The notes beneath the pieces are model-generated. The model was not told the origin of the DNA. It did no database searches and saw only the letters and a list, made by a program, of their open reading frames with translations. A program made the translations under genes and the position numbers. A DNA stretch of 64,000 bases from a virus: IMG/VR virus record IMGVR_UViG_3300046501_000132, positions 106,685 to 170,684 of that record. One strand, given 5' to 3'. Numbering within the stretch: position 1 is the stretch's first letter; the number at the start of each line of letters is the position of its first letter. Positions 48,124-57,698 of this stretch are shown here, piece after piece.

Positions 48124-48332
48124 TCTGCGCTCTCCAGATTGCGTTGTGTGACACGATTGGGCTCGGATTCCTTCGCAGGGCCGCCATATTTGTACAGATA
48201 GCCCAGACCCCCGAACGACAGCAGGAACACGAGCGATGACCATTCGTATTGGCCTGCTCCTGCCAGGAAAGTTGCGATTGCCAGCAGAATCGCAGCGCCG
48301 ATCAGGATGGTGAAGAACTTGATAGAGTTCAT
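48120..48332 (-). CDS. small two-TM membrane protein
   Basis: AAGGA RBS, two hydrophobic helices. Confidence 0.6.
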   Translation of the reverse strand: MNSIKFFTILIGAAILLAIATFLAGAGQYEWSSLVFLLSFGGLGYLYKYGGPAKESEPNRVTQRNLESAE

Positions 48333-48510
48333 TTGGGTTTCCTTGTTGGCCATGATTATACCTTTTGGAGATATTCAACAGCACGCGAGCCGGACAGAAC
48401 CGCGTCGATGTCCGCTTTGCTTTACGAACAACAAACAGCGCCCCCTGTTGGCGTAAGGGGATTATAACCGCGAACCCCTCTGAATTTCTATCAGAGGGGG
48501 TCCAGCCGGA

Positions 48511-49524
48511 TTAGTTGACCAGAGCGTCCAGAGCTTCAACCGTGAATCCGTTATTGCGGACCATCGTGGCCTCTGCAATATCCTCCCAGCCGTTCGGATC
48601 GCCCTTCATGAACGCCGCCAGCTTGAGAATCGAGCGGAGCGAAAGCTCACGCAGATTTTCATAGTTGGCTTCCATCCATGCCATCATCATCGCCTTCTGC
48701 TCGTTGTCGATGCCGTGCACGTCGAGCATCGTCGTGTTGTTGACGACTTGCTTGATGCGCGTCATGATCTCTTTGTTCGTGTGGATGCCCAGATCCAGGT
48801 AGATCGAACGGGAGATCAGAGCCTTGAAGTGGGGTGCCAGGTTGGTCCCCTTCTCCATCAGGCGGTCAAAGTCCAGGTTGGTGATGAACACGCAGGCGCC
48901 TTCAAAATCAAACGCTTGGTCCACGCCTTGATCAGCAAGCCACTCGGATGCCGTCAGCCACGACAGATGGCGGACGTCGCCCGTATCCAGCGCCCCCTTC
49001 AGAAGATTGAGAGACGTCTCATCTTGAAAGATGACGTCGATGTCGTCCAGGACCAGGATGTCCCCTTTGTTCCGGTGCTCGAACAACTGCTGGAACAGGG
49101 CGATGGCGCTGATCTTACCTTTGAGGATCGTGAATTGGCCGATCTCATTTCGGTCGATAGCCTGATTCAAACGCTTCTCCAGGCTATACGATTTGCCGAT
49201 GCCGGCCGCGCCGGAAATGATCAGCGACCGCACCGCACCTTGGATCACAAACTCTGTGAGTTTGGCCATGATGTCGAAGCGGCGTTCAATCCGAATGCTC
49301 AGCTCACACTCAGCCGGCGCGTGGACTGGCGTCTTGCTCGTGTCCTCTACAATATGGAAGTCAGCCCGATTCGCGTGGACGTTGATTTCCTTCCCGTTGT
49401 GAACGATGCGCAAGTACAATTCTCGCTTGCATCCAACATCGCCTTGTCGTTGAGCAACCAGCGGGAATTGGCCATAGAGACTCTTGCCCCGGTACAGGCT
49501 ATCTTTGATCGATACGATTTGCAT
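48511..49524 (-). CDS. AAA+ ATPase (T4 NrdC.10-like)
   Basis: GAAGIGKS Walker A, LVLDDID Walker B, LLKGALD, FITN, ALISRS. Confidence 0.85.
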   Translation of the reverse strand: MQIVSIKDSLYRGKSLYGQFPLVAQRQGDVGCKRELYLRIVHNGKEINVHANRADFHIVEDTSKTPVHAPAECELSIRIERRFDIMAKLTEFVIQGAVRSLIISGAAGIGKSYSLEKRLNQAIDRNEIGQFTILKGKISAIALFQQLFEHRNKGDILVLDDIDVIFQDETSLNLLKGALDTGDVRHLSWLTASEWLADQGVDQAFDFEGACVFITNLDFDRLMEKGTNLAPHFKALISRSIYLDLGIHTNKEIMTRIKQVVNNTTMLDVHGIDNEQKAMMMAWMEANYENLRELSLRSILKLAAFMKGDPNGWEDIAEATMVRNNGFTVEALDALVN

Positions 49525-49768
49525 TCTTATTCTCTCCAACGATTGTGTTAGGTTATCGTTGCAGCGTTATTCGTTCGTTGCATCCGATACAGGTAATTCT
49601 ACGCCGATTCCTATGAAAGTAAAGACTTTTTATGAATATTTTTAGGCGTGAATAGCAGTGCTTAGATCGCCTAGAATCGTTCGGGCTAGGGTATCCAGGG
49701 CCAGAGCCCTAAACGCGCCTAGCCAGCTAAAAAGCCCCGCGATTCTCATCAACGGGGCTTTCCTAGGT

Positions 49769-50359
49769 CTATTCGGTATCGTCAGCCTTCGCTTCGCTTT
49801 CGGCTTTCGCTTCCTGCGCCGCTTGTAACTGTTTCTTAACAAATTTAATCGTCTTGAGCGTTTCGATAGCGGGAATTAATTCTGCCTGTCCTTTGTTTTC
49901 CAATATCGCCTTATCACGGTTCAAATACCCCTGGAACCGTTTTTCGGGTGAGGCTTCCCGGAATTTCCCGATTAATTGGCGCTCCATTTCCGCTCTCAAA
50001 TCCTCCGGGGTTTTAATATCCGGATTCTTCAAAAAGCGCATAATAGACTTATCCGCCTGATGGTGCCTAGCGACGCCTAGAACTTGGAGATACTTCTTGA
50101 TGAAGAATCCCTTATATTGTAATCCAATCATCGTTTCTAGACGGTCTACGTACCGCTGCACCAACGCGTCAATATCCGTATCGGGGTGTCGGCATTCCAC
50201 AAAATACCTTTCCAATTGGACTTCGGTAATCTCCGGATGATGCCGGCTGACGTGCGTTCTCAAATCCTTAGAAGCCCGCATGACGCCTTGACACGCGGGG
50301 CACGCATATTTGCGCGATACCTTTTTGCCGTTAATATCCCTCAAAATCCACCGCCTCAT
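49769..50359 (-). CDS. C2H2 zinc-finger protein
   Basis: Y-A-C-x2-C-x12-H-x3-H. Confidence 0.6.
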   Translation of the reverse strand: MRRWILRDINGKKVSRKYACPACQGVMRASKDLRTHVSRHHPEITEVQLERYFVECRHPDTDIDALVQRYVDRLETMIGLQYKGFFIKKYLQVLGVARHHQADKSIMRFLKNPDIKTPEDLRAEMERQLIGKFREASPEKRFQGYLNRDKAILENKGQAELIPAIETLKTIKFVKKQLQAAQEAKAESEAKADDTE

Positions 50360-50476
50360 TATTAGTTAATATACAAAAATTTAGGGCGGCGGAAACGTAA
50401 AACCCCCTGCTAGATTCTAGCAGGGGTTGGGGGTAAATCGCCCAGAGCGAGGGGGCGAACCCCCTGAACTTGTCGC

Positions 50477-51466
50477 TTAGGCCGTCGCTTGCTGGCGCTT
50501 GTTCGAGCGGCGGGTCACCGTACCGGCACCGGCGCCAACCGGGGCATCCTTCGGCACCTTGACCGGTGCCTTCGGGGTCGCTTCGGGCTTCGCCTTGGCT
50601 TCTGCCTTCGGGGCTGCGTCCGGGGTAGGCTCGTTTTCACCGGCAGCTTGCTTCACCGCCTTGACGGCATCCTTTTCCGCCTTGATCTGAGCGAACTTGT
50701 CGCGCATTTCCTGCGGACGCACCAGGCGCTTGTCGGTCGTCAGAATTTCTTCCGGAGTGTAGCGGCGCCCCGTGCCGATTTCCGACACGTAGTAGGCCAT
50801 CGCGCCGTCATCGCGCTTCATCTTGTTCAGGAAGTACCCCTTGGCTTTCGGTTCCCAGTGGATCACCCCGGCCAGGCCGCCAGCCGACCAGCCGAACTCG
50901 TCCATCAGTTCCTTCTTGGTCGCGCCGTTCGGATCGCAGAGGCGCACCAGCAGCTTGTGGATCTTGGAGTCCGTCTTAACTTCGACAGGCGTTTGCGGGA
51001 GCACCACCGTCCAGTCGGTGCCGCGAACCACGGCGCGCTTGTCTTGCGTCGGCAGCGCCTTTTCGACATCAGCGGCCAGCTTCGCTTGCTCCGGGGTCAG
51101 GGTCTTGCCCTTACCCTTCGCGCCGGCAGCCGGCTTGTTGCCCCAGGCCGATGCTGCCGCTTCTTGTTCCTTCGTCATCTTGCCTTCCATCTTGACGTCG
51201 TCGGTCTTGACTTCGTCCGCCGGGGCTTCGGTCTTGGCCTTCGCAGCCTTCGCCTTGGCGGCGGCGCCCTTCGGGGTCGGCGCGGCTTCGGACTTCACCA
51301 CGAAGTCACCGGCTTCAGTCTTGGAACCGTTCATCAGAGCGGCCAGGGACTTTTGGCCCAGGGTGAAGCCAGCGGCTTTGATCGCTTCCACGATCTTGGC
51401 TTGCGACAGGCCTTCGGTCGACAGGTTGAAATCGGCGGTCTTGTGGGCGATAACGATTGCGGTCAT
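50477..51466 (-). CDS. Ala/Lys/Pro-rich DNA-binding protein with DUF3489-like winged helix
   Basis: SKIHKLLVRLCDPNGATKKELMDEFGW; AGGAG RBS, tandem promoters, strong codon bias. Confidence 0.7.
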   Translation of the reverse strand: MTAIVIAHKTADFNLSTEGLSQAKIVEAIKAAGFTLGQKSLAALMNGSKTEAGDFVVKSEAAPTPKGAAAKAKAAKAKTEAPADEVKTDDVKMEGKMTKEQEAAASAWGNKPAAGAKGKGKTLTPEQAKLAADVEKALPTQDKRAVVRGTDWTVVLPQTPVEVKTDSKIHKLLVRLCDPNGATKKELMDEFGWSAGGLAGVIHWEPKAKGYFLNKMKRDDGAMAYYVSEIGTGRRYTPEEILTTDKRLVRPQEMRDKFAQIKAEKDAVKAVKQAAGENEPTPDAAPKAEAKAKPEATPKAPVKVPKDAPVGAGAGTVTRRSNKRQQATA

Positions 51467-51933
51467 GGTAATTCTCCTGAAAGGATGGATTGTGTTAGGT
51501 TTCTTTACTTCCGATTCGTCGGTCGTTTTTTGTATCGACCGTAGAATCTATTCTAGTCTTGATTCAACCGGAAGTAAAGAGAAATTTTAACTTTTTCGCT
51601 TTCAACTTCCGCTTCGGTATCGCGCCGCTTTCGCGTTTCGTCCTACCGATGATTAAATTCTAGTGGTCTCACGTATGGAAGTAAAGAACTATTTTCGTGA
51701 TTTTTGTAGGTACAAACCCTAACAGCAACCCTTATTCGCGCCTATATAGAACGGGGCGATTTACCCCGAATCGTCATAGAGCGGTCTAGCAGCTCATAGG
51801 ATCGATTCTGTGTCTAGTCGATAGGGAAGGATAGACCACTTCCAGATCATCGATCCTAGGCTCATCTAGGCAGTACTATCGGAAACGCGCGCCGATAGAT
51901 TTATCCATATCTGACGCGCAGGGGCGGATTAAC

Positions 51934-51991
51934 TAACCGGAATAACCGCTAGTGATATAATCATATATGAACTTCAGAAAAAAGAAAAGCC
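51934..51991. repeat. dispersed repeat, second copy ~55677-55734
   Basis: CTAACCGGAATAACCGCTAGTGAT exact in both, followed by GAACT..AGAAAAA..GAAAAGCC. Confidence 0.85.
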
Positions 51992-52028
51992 TAGGGCAAA
52001 CCCTAGGCTTCGGTTGATATCTGGTATA

Positions 52029-52658
52029 TCACATTGACCAGCGGGCACGCTTCCAACCGTAGCCATATTGGTCAGTAAACACATTTCCCAGCTCAAGAAC
52101 CCAGATGCGTTCCGTAGCGGCGATGGCCTCTTCAACCGTCATCTTCGGGGCGTTTATGGGCTTGTAAAACACGTGTACGCCGCCAGCGGTCAGATTCGCC
52201 ACCCGACGCACCGGGTCAATCCGAAGCGTGCACTTGTGGAGGGTATGACCGCCCGAAGCGTTGGACATGATCGCGAATATCAAACGAGCGCATTCCTCCG
52301 GCTTTTCAAAATCAAAAGTTTCCGGCAGCGGCAAAGTCTCGTTTCGCTCCACCGGATAGGCGCTTGAACCGTAGTAGAGTCGGGCGAAGTCCAACGACGC
52401 GGGTTCCGCAGCGGAAACGTAGTTGGTGACGTTCCCCATGGAGGTCGGCGTACCGTTGATGGGCGGGCGGGCTTCGCGTCCAATCATAGCATCGTTCGGC
52501 AACTCGCGTCCTTCCCATACAACGCGGTCTACGCGGATAACGTAGCAATCGCAGTTGCTATTATCCTTCGAATAGTCGATCAAAACACCTTCCACGTAGC
52601 AGTCCGTGCGAGTCGGAAACTCCAGCGAGCGCACGCGATATCCAATCGGGAAGTCCAT
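52029..52658 (-). CDS. hypothetical early protein
   Basis: promoter module plus CCGGAG RBS. Confidence 0.7.
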   Translation of the reverse strand: MDFPIGYRVRSLEFPTRTDCYVEGVLIDYSKDNSNCDCYVIRVDRVVWEGRELPNDAMIGREARPPINGTPTSMGNVTNYVSAAEPASLDFARLYYGSSAYPVERNETLPLPETFDFEKPEECARLIFAIMSNASGGHTLHKCTLRIDPVRRVANLTAGGVHVFYKPINAPKMTVEEAIAATERIWVLELGNVFTDQYGYGWKRARWSM

Positions 52659-52743
52659 TTGTTTCTCCGGTATTTGTCTTAGGTGTTCTTAGTATAGCGA
52701 ACTTGGTCCAAGAAGTAAAGACAAATTCGCTAGGTAAAAACCC

Positions 52744-52932
52744 TTAGCAACCAGCCGGGGATGGATAGGTTGTCCCACAGACGGTCGGCTTGGGCGGCGC
52801 GACCGGGTTTGGGTCGTTGACGTGCTTGGTGGGCGCTTCATCCTCGCCTTCGCCACCGCCACAAGCGGTCAGGGAGAGTAGAAGCGCCATGGCCACTGCC
52901 AACAGGATGATCTTGTTCAGGTTCGTACTCAT
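52744..52932 (-). CDS. small lipoprotein
   Basis: hydrophobic signal with LTAC lipobox, Pro-rich tail. Confidence 0.7.
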   Translation of the reverse strand: MSTNLNKIILLAVAMALLLSLTACGGGEGEDEAPTKHVNDPNPVAPPKPTVCGTTYPSPAGC

Positions 52933-53020
52933 TTGGAGCTCCATTCTATGGATTCAAGGTAGTTCTATCATAGCTGACTTCCATATGGAAAGTCTAGAGA
53001 AATCAGCTAGGTAGAAACCC

Positions 53021-53350
53021 TTAGTTGCGCCCGAAGTTCGTGCCGGCCACGACGCCATCGGCCCAGATCACGACGCAGCGCCGTTCGCTATCGGTAATCT
53101 GCCACGCTTCCGCGCCGGTATCGAGAACTACACCGCCTTCGCAATCGCGTATTGTTTCGATGAAATACCGGGAAACGAATTGTCCCAACGGGTCATACTT
53201 GGTCACGTACCGGCCGTCAAAGAACTCGACCATCGGCGGGTTCTGGTCATGCACGAGGCAATTCCCACGGCCATACCGCTCACCCTTTTGGATTACACGA
53301 ACCAGGAAGGTCACGCCGGACTTCGCCTTGAAACTCATCAACGTCGTCAT
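53021..53350 (-). CDS. hypothetical phage protein
   Basis: promoter module; GERYG..NCLVHD..PMVEFFD, GQFVSRY. Confidence 0.75.
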   Translation of the reverse strand: MTTLMSFKAKSGVTFLVRVIQKGERYGRGNCLVHDQNPPMVEFFDGRYVTKYDPLGQFVSRYFIETIRDCEGGVVLDTGAEAWQITDSERRCVVIWADGVVAGTNFGRN

Positions 53351-53378
53351 TTCAAACTCCGAATTGTTTAAGTGATTC

Positions 53379-53440
53379 TATTCTAGCGGACTCCGGTTTG
53401 AAAGTAAACCAAAATCCGCTAGGTAGAAACCCTAATCAGG
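53379..53440. repeat. 62-bp direct repeat (box + hairpin + promoter), second copy 54100-54160
   Basis: identical except a 1-nt indel. Confidence 0.95.
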
Positions 53441-53657
53441 GCTTTCCGGCCCAGGTACGCGGGTGCTCCGGATATAGCTTGGAAGTTTGCTCCAGTATAT
53501 CGGTATAATCCCGGATAGCGGATTCATACATTCCGCCGCAAGCGTCACGATCCAGCGGCGGCATATCCGCCAGGATTTGCTTGTAGCGGTTCAGCGATTC
53601 CGTCAGCGCCGTTTCAATTCGGACGACTTCAAAATATTGCAGATCAATGGTGGCCAT
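53436..53657 (-). CDS. hypothetical early protein
   Basis: follows 53664-54068 closely. Confidence 0.55.
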   Translation of the reverse strand: MATIDLQYFEVVRIETALTESLNRYKQILADMPPLDRDACGGMYESAIRDYTDILEQTSKLYPEHPRTWAGKP

Positions 53658-53663
53658 GATATA

Positions 53664-54068
53664 TCAGTCGCCCAGGTAGAAATCAAAATCTTGCTTATCA
53701 GAGAAAGGCTTAAAGACTCCGCGCCCCAGGCCCATTCCGAATTGCTGAACGTCCTTGTAATACTTGCTGTTAGCCCAGTCGGACGTGAAGCGATAGGACA
53801 CCATATAGATTTTGTCGCAACGGCGTAGAGCCATGAATTCCACTACCGGCCAGCCGTTACCATCCTTCACCAACGCCAGTTCTGCGAGGCGATTCACCAC
53901 GGACTCAAATTGGTCGATGGACCGTTGGTCCAACGGTTGGTTAACCGGGTCGTGAGTATTGGTGAAATACGTGGAAGCGCTGGTGCTCGCCTCGCTGTTA
54001 CCGTACCACTTCACCTTGGTCCCTTCGGACTTCTTCAGATACTCCATCCAATCGGCTGGGTCTCTCAT
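53664..54068 (-). CDS. hypothetical early protein
   Basis: promoter module plus CCGGAG RBS. Confidence 0.7.
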   Translation of the reverse strand: MRDPADWMEYLKKSEGTKVKWYGNSEASTSASTYFTNTHDPVNQPLDQRSIDQFESVVNRLAELALVKDGNGWPVVEFMALRRCDKIYMVSYRFTSDWANSKYYKDVQQFGMGLGRGVFKPFSDKQDFDFYLGD

Positions 54069-54155
54069 TTTGTTCTCCGGTTATTCGTCTAGGTGTTCTT
54101 ATTCTAGCGGACTCCGGTTTGAAAGTAAACCAAAATCCGCTAGGTAAAACCCTAA

Positions 54156-54377
54156 TCAGGCCTTAGCGCGTTTGTAGTGATCGTGGAAAATCCCTACGGA
54201 ATAGCTCAGGGAATCAACCGCGCGTTTCTGCGCTTGCGGATAGGCTCCCGCCGCGTAGAGTCGCTCAGAATCGTTCAGACACAACGCGGCGCTGGTCTGC
54301 ATCGACCTCGGGTCGTTGACGTGTTCCTTCGCTGCGGCGATTGCTTGCTCAGCCTTTTCCTTATCGGTCAGGACCAT
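54156..54377 (-). CDS. hypothetical phage protein
   Basis: GGGAG RBS; SAALCL.D...SLSYSVGIFH. Confidence 0.7.
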   Translation of the reverse strand: MVLTDKEKAEQAIAAAKEHVNDPRSMQTSAALCLNDSERLYAAGAYPQAQKRAVDSLSYSVGIFHDHYKRAKA

Positions 54378-54567
54378 TTGTTACTCCCGGTTAATTGTCG
54401 ATATAGGTATCATAGGCGATTCCCCTCAAAAAGTCTAGTAGGCAACCGCTAAAAATTTCTATCAGACCCACCCACCGATAACTTCTGACTATCACCATCC
54501 AATAAAAAAGGCGCGCTAGTCCGGGGTAGAGCCTAGCGCGCCGAAAGTCCTGCGGAAGCAGGGTTGT

Positions 54568-54960
54568 TTACCGCAGGGTAAGGGTTTTCGCCACGAGCCA
54601 AAAACCGCGGTTGCGATCATCGTTGCGGAAAGTCTTGATATGAATTCGGGTTCCGGGAGGAAGGGCAGCCAACTTCTTTTCGAGTCTCGCGCCACTACGC
54701 TCCCATTTTTCCTGGAGAATTGAGGAAATCGTCGGTTCGTATAGCCCCGAACGATTGCCCAGGCCTGGCCACAGATTCTTTCCGTCAGCCACAATACGGT
54801 CGCCTTCATCCTTCGCCCAATAGACGATTTCCTTCAGGACTTTCGCGTTGTGTGCCTGCCGTTCCTTCTCCGGGTCGATAGGCGGCGGCGCTGGCGGCGC
54901 CACGTAGAATTGGTCCACAGCTGGTAGGGCCAGCGAGGTGGGTTGAGTCACGTGCTGCAT
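54568..54960 (-). CDS. hypothetical early protein
   Basis: GGAG RBS before ATG 54960. Confidence 0.6.
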   Translation of the reverse strand: MQHVTQPTSLALPAVDQFYVAPPAPPPIDPEKERQAHNAKVLKEIVYWAKDEGDRIVADGKNLWPGLGNRSGLYEPTISSILQEKWERSGARLEKKLAALPPGTRIHIKTFRNDDRNRGFWLVAKTLTLR

Positions 54961-55091
54961 TGATTCACTCCGATAGGTGATGAAGATGACCTTCGTGGAT
55001 CTTGCTGTCTTTTTATTCTGGACACTCAAGGATTAATTCTAAGGGACTTTCGATTAAAAGTCCCTAGGGGTTAACCCTAATAGACGCGGAA

Positions 55092-55352
55092 TCAGTAAAG
55101 CGTTTCCGCGTGGAATTCGTCCGCCGATTGGAACTGGCGATAGTCGTTCCAAACTTCGAATCCCTCCGGATTATCCGTCCGACGAAGCGAAACACCAAAG
55201 TATTCGCCATCACCACGGAACAGGATAGCAGCAAATTCCTTGCCTTCCCGATAGGCCAGCGCGGTCTCCAGTTTCTTGGTGAAACCGTATTCTTGGTACG
55301 CGGTCTTGACGGCCGCTGGGATCTTGGATTCCACCGAGTGGGGGCGAGGCAT
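55092..55352 (-). CDS. hypothetical early protein
   Basis: CCGGAGTTTGAAATG RBS. Confidence 0.65.
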   Translation of the reverse strand: MPRPHSVESKIPAAVKTAYQEYGFTKKLETALAYREGKEFAAILFRGDGEYFGVSLRRTDNPEGFEVWNDYRQFQSADEFHAETLY

Positions 55353-55863
55353 TTCAAACTCCGGGTTAGTTATCAGTAAGAGAATCATAAAGGAAAACCC
55401 TGACAATTCAAACGATTCGATTATTATCATAGGCGAAACTATGAGACGGTTTCCGTATATAGCGCGCTATCGGGGTCCGTAGAGCCTAGCGGGTGAGGGT
55501 GGGTTGAGCGTCTATGCGTCTAGGTGAGCCTGAGAGCGATTCTGAATATGGGCCTTGGCTAGTATAGCCTCACTATAGCGCAGCGCCTATAGCTCATTCT
55601 AGTTGGTAATAGGCTTTGGCTATCGTCTATTGATCTTGATAGGTAAAAACGATTGGTTCACCCAGGATCGAATTAGCTAACCGGAATAACCGCTAGTGAT
55701 TAAAGTATAGTTGAACTATGAGAAAAAGAAAAGCCCCTTTCGGGCTTTTTGTGCGAGGGGAAACCCTTATAGACTTGCGGACAATCTCCGTAGTATAATA
55801 AACCAAACCACCTCCATTTCAGCTATGCGGAAATAAAAATTGCCCCCGAAGGGGCGAGCGCGT

Positions 55864-56187
55864 TTAGAGCGAACCGGAGAACGAAAACCGCTGGTCAAGC
55901 GAAAGGAAATAGATCACCTCAAAAAGCGAATTTGAGGCGTTGATAGCGCGGGTAGCGTCCTCCACGGTTCCCGCGTTCCATTCCGCACCGTAAATAAGGG
56001 TTTTCCCGCTATAGTCGGTAATATCAACCGAAACGGCGTTAGAATCTTCGTGGGCGTCCGCTACTACCGTAACCGTACCGCAGCCGGGAATTTCCCGCGA
56101 AGCGATACGGGCAAATTCGGACGCGCCTGCGTAGTTACGTTGTTCGTTCGCGTCCAGCGGGTTGAACGTCAGAAGGGTATTTTGCAT
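55864..56187 (-). CDS. hypothetical early protein
   Basis: TATACTAGAGTCTAG module plus CCGGAG RBS. Confidence 0.7.
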   Translation of the reverse strand: MQNTLLTFNPLDANEQRNYAGASEFARIASREIPGCGTVTVVADAHEDSNAVSVDITDYSGKTLIYGAEWNAGTVEDATRAINASNSLFEVIYFLSLDQRFSFSGSL

Positions 56188-56274
56188 TTCGTTCTCCGGT
56201 AGGAATTGTTTAACTAGACTCTAGTATAAACTAAAAAGCCCCAAACGGGGCTTTTATTTTGTAGGGAGAAACCC

Positions 56275-56670
56275 CTATAGACGAATCCACAGATCAATAA
56301 TTTCCGCCTCAGCCGTAACGCGATTAACGTAACGGATATAGCGCGCGTTATCATCCGCCATTTCTTCAGGCGTCGCGCTAAAATCAGGCATCGCTTCCAC
56401 GAAACCCAACTGTGCCTCCACCTTTTCCCGAAACGACATTTCAGCGAACGGAACCGCATCAGCCGCCCAGCGACGATAGCGTTCCAGTCGAACTTTCAGG
56501 TCCGCTACGTAACCCGGATACGCCGCGTTTTCCTCAATATCCTTTTCGATACGCGCCGGCATCGCCTTCAGATCATAGATATTAGCGTCAATCGCGTCGA
56601 TTAGGTCCGCATCGAACAGGCGACGACCAAACTCAGCGTCAATAATCGGAAACAGAAATTCAAAGGTCAT
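56275..56670 (-). CDS. hypothetical early protein
   Basis: promoter module upstream. Confidence 0.7.
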   Translation of the reverse strand: MTFEFLFPIIDAEFGRRLFDADLIDAIDANIYDLKAMPARIEKDIEENAAYPGYVADLKVRLERYRRWAADAVPFAEMSFREKVEAQLGFVEAMPDFSATPEEMADDNARYIRYVNRVTAEAEIIDLWIRL

Positions 56671-56746
56671 TTTTATACTCTGTTATTAATTTCGATCTAG
56701 ACTCTAGTATAGTCGATTGGCTAGAAACAACTATTAGGGGAAACCC

Positions 56747-57076
56747 TTATTCCGCATCCTCAAATATCAGATCCAGGATTTTCGCCGTCACCAGGCTAAT
56801 CGTCACCGTTCCGGAATCGCTTTGAAATTCCGTCCCTTCGTCGTTCAAGCGGCATCCGCCCACGACGGCGTCATAGGACTCATCATCCAACCCCTCCAGC
56901 TCAGAGTTAGCAATCGCCAGTTCCTCAGCGGAGAATCGCTTGGAGACCCTTTTCATCGCTTCAGCAGCGGGAGTAAAGGCGGTTGAAACCGAATCGCCCG
57001 CGTCCACAAAAATGTCGATAGCGGTTTGATAGAGCTTACCCAGGTAATTGCGCGGGTCGGTATAATCGGGGTGCAT
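56747..57076 (-). CDS. acidic hypothetical early protein
   Basis: promoter module plus CCGGAG RBS. Confidence 0.7.
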   Translation of the reverse strand: MHPDYTDPRNYLGKLYQTAIDIFVDAGDSVSTAFTPAAEAMKRVSKRFSAEELAIANSELEGLDDESYDAVVGGCRLNDEGTEFQSDSGTVTISLVTAKILDLIFEDAE

Positions 57077-57174
57077 TTTCAATCTCCGGTTTTGTTTACT
57101 AGCCTCTAGTATAGTCGATCCCCGCAAAAAAGAAAAGCCCCTTTCGGGGGATTTATTTTGGTAGGTAGAAACCC

Positions 57175-57393
57175 TTAGAACAGGCAATTCAGGATTTCAA
57201 ACACGTACTCCCCACCCTTCCGACCGTTCCGGAGTTTATCACGGTATTCGATCGCATCCGCCTTATCCGTAAAAGCGCAAGCCCGTTCGGAGTCGTCGGA
57301 GATAAACCCCGCGACCGTGACGAATTGGAATTCGCGTTGGTCAACTTCCGCCAGGGTCGGATAGCGAGGGGCGGCGATTACGGTATAGGACAT
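57175..57393 (-). CDS. hypothetical early protein
   Basis: CGGAG RBS before ATG 57393. Confidence 0.65.
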   Translation of the reverse strand: MSYTVIAAPRYPTLAEVDQREFQFVTVAGFISDDSERACAFTDKADAIEYRDKLRNGRKGGEYVFEILNCLF

Positions 57394-57406
57394 TTCAGGA
57401 CTCCGA

Positions 57407-57493
57407 TTAGAAGCAAGCCAGCGCGAACAGCGAACCAACGCACAGGACGCAGATCAGGGTACCAAACGCATTCACAAAGTCATTTCCGAACAT
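57407..57493 (-). CDS. 28-aa hydrophobic peptide
   Basis: MFGNDFVNAFGTLICVLCVGSLFALACF; promoter module and CCGGAG RBS. Confidence 0.6.
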   Translation of the reverse strand: MFGNDFVNAFGTLICVLCVGSLFALACF

Positions 57494-57580
57494 TTTCAAA
57501 CTCCGGGGTTAATTCGATCTAGACTCTAGTATAGCCGATAAATTGCGGCTTAGAGAATTGTCGACCAAACTATAGGGTTA

Positions 57581-57655
57581 TTAGGCGCGGGTAACGAAAG
57601 CGTAAATCGCCAGGATCAGGGCGGGCGAAAGGCAGATCAGCGTCGTCAGGGTCAT
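57581..57655 (-). CDS. 24-aa hydrophobic peptide
   Basis: MTLTTLICLSPALILAIYAFVTRA; promoter module and CCGGAG RBS. Confidence 0.6.
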   Translation of the reverse strand: MTLTTLICLSPALILAIYAFVTRA

Positions 57656-57698
57656 TTCGTTACTCCGGTATAAGAATTGAACTAGACTCTAGTATAAC
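57653..57698. repeat. exact 46-bp direct repeat (promoter-RBS-ATG), second copy 58041-58086
   Basis: CATTTCGTTACTCCGGTATAAGAATTGAACTAGACTCTAGTATAAC. Confidence 0.95.
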
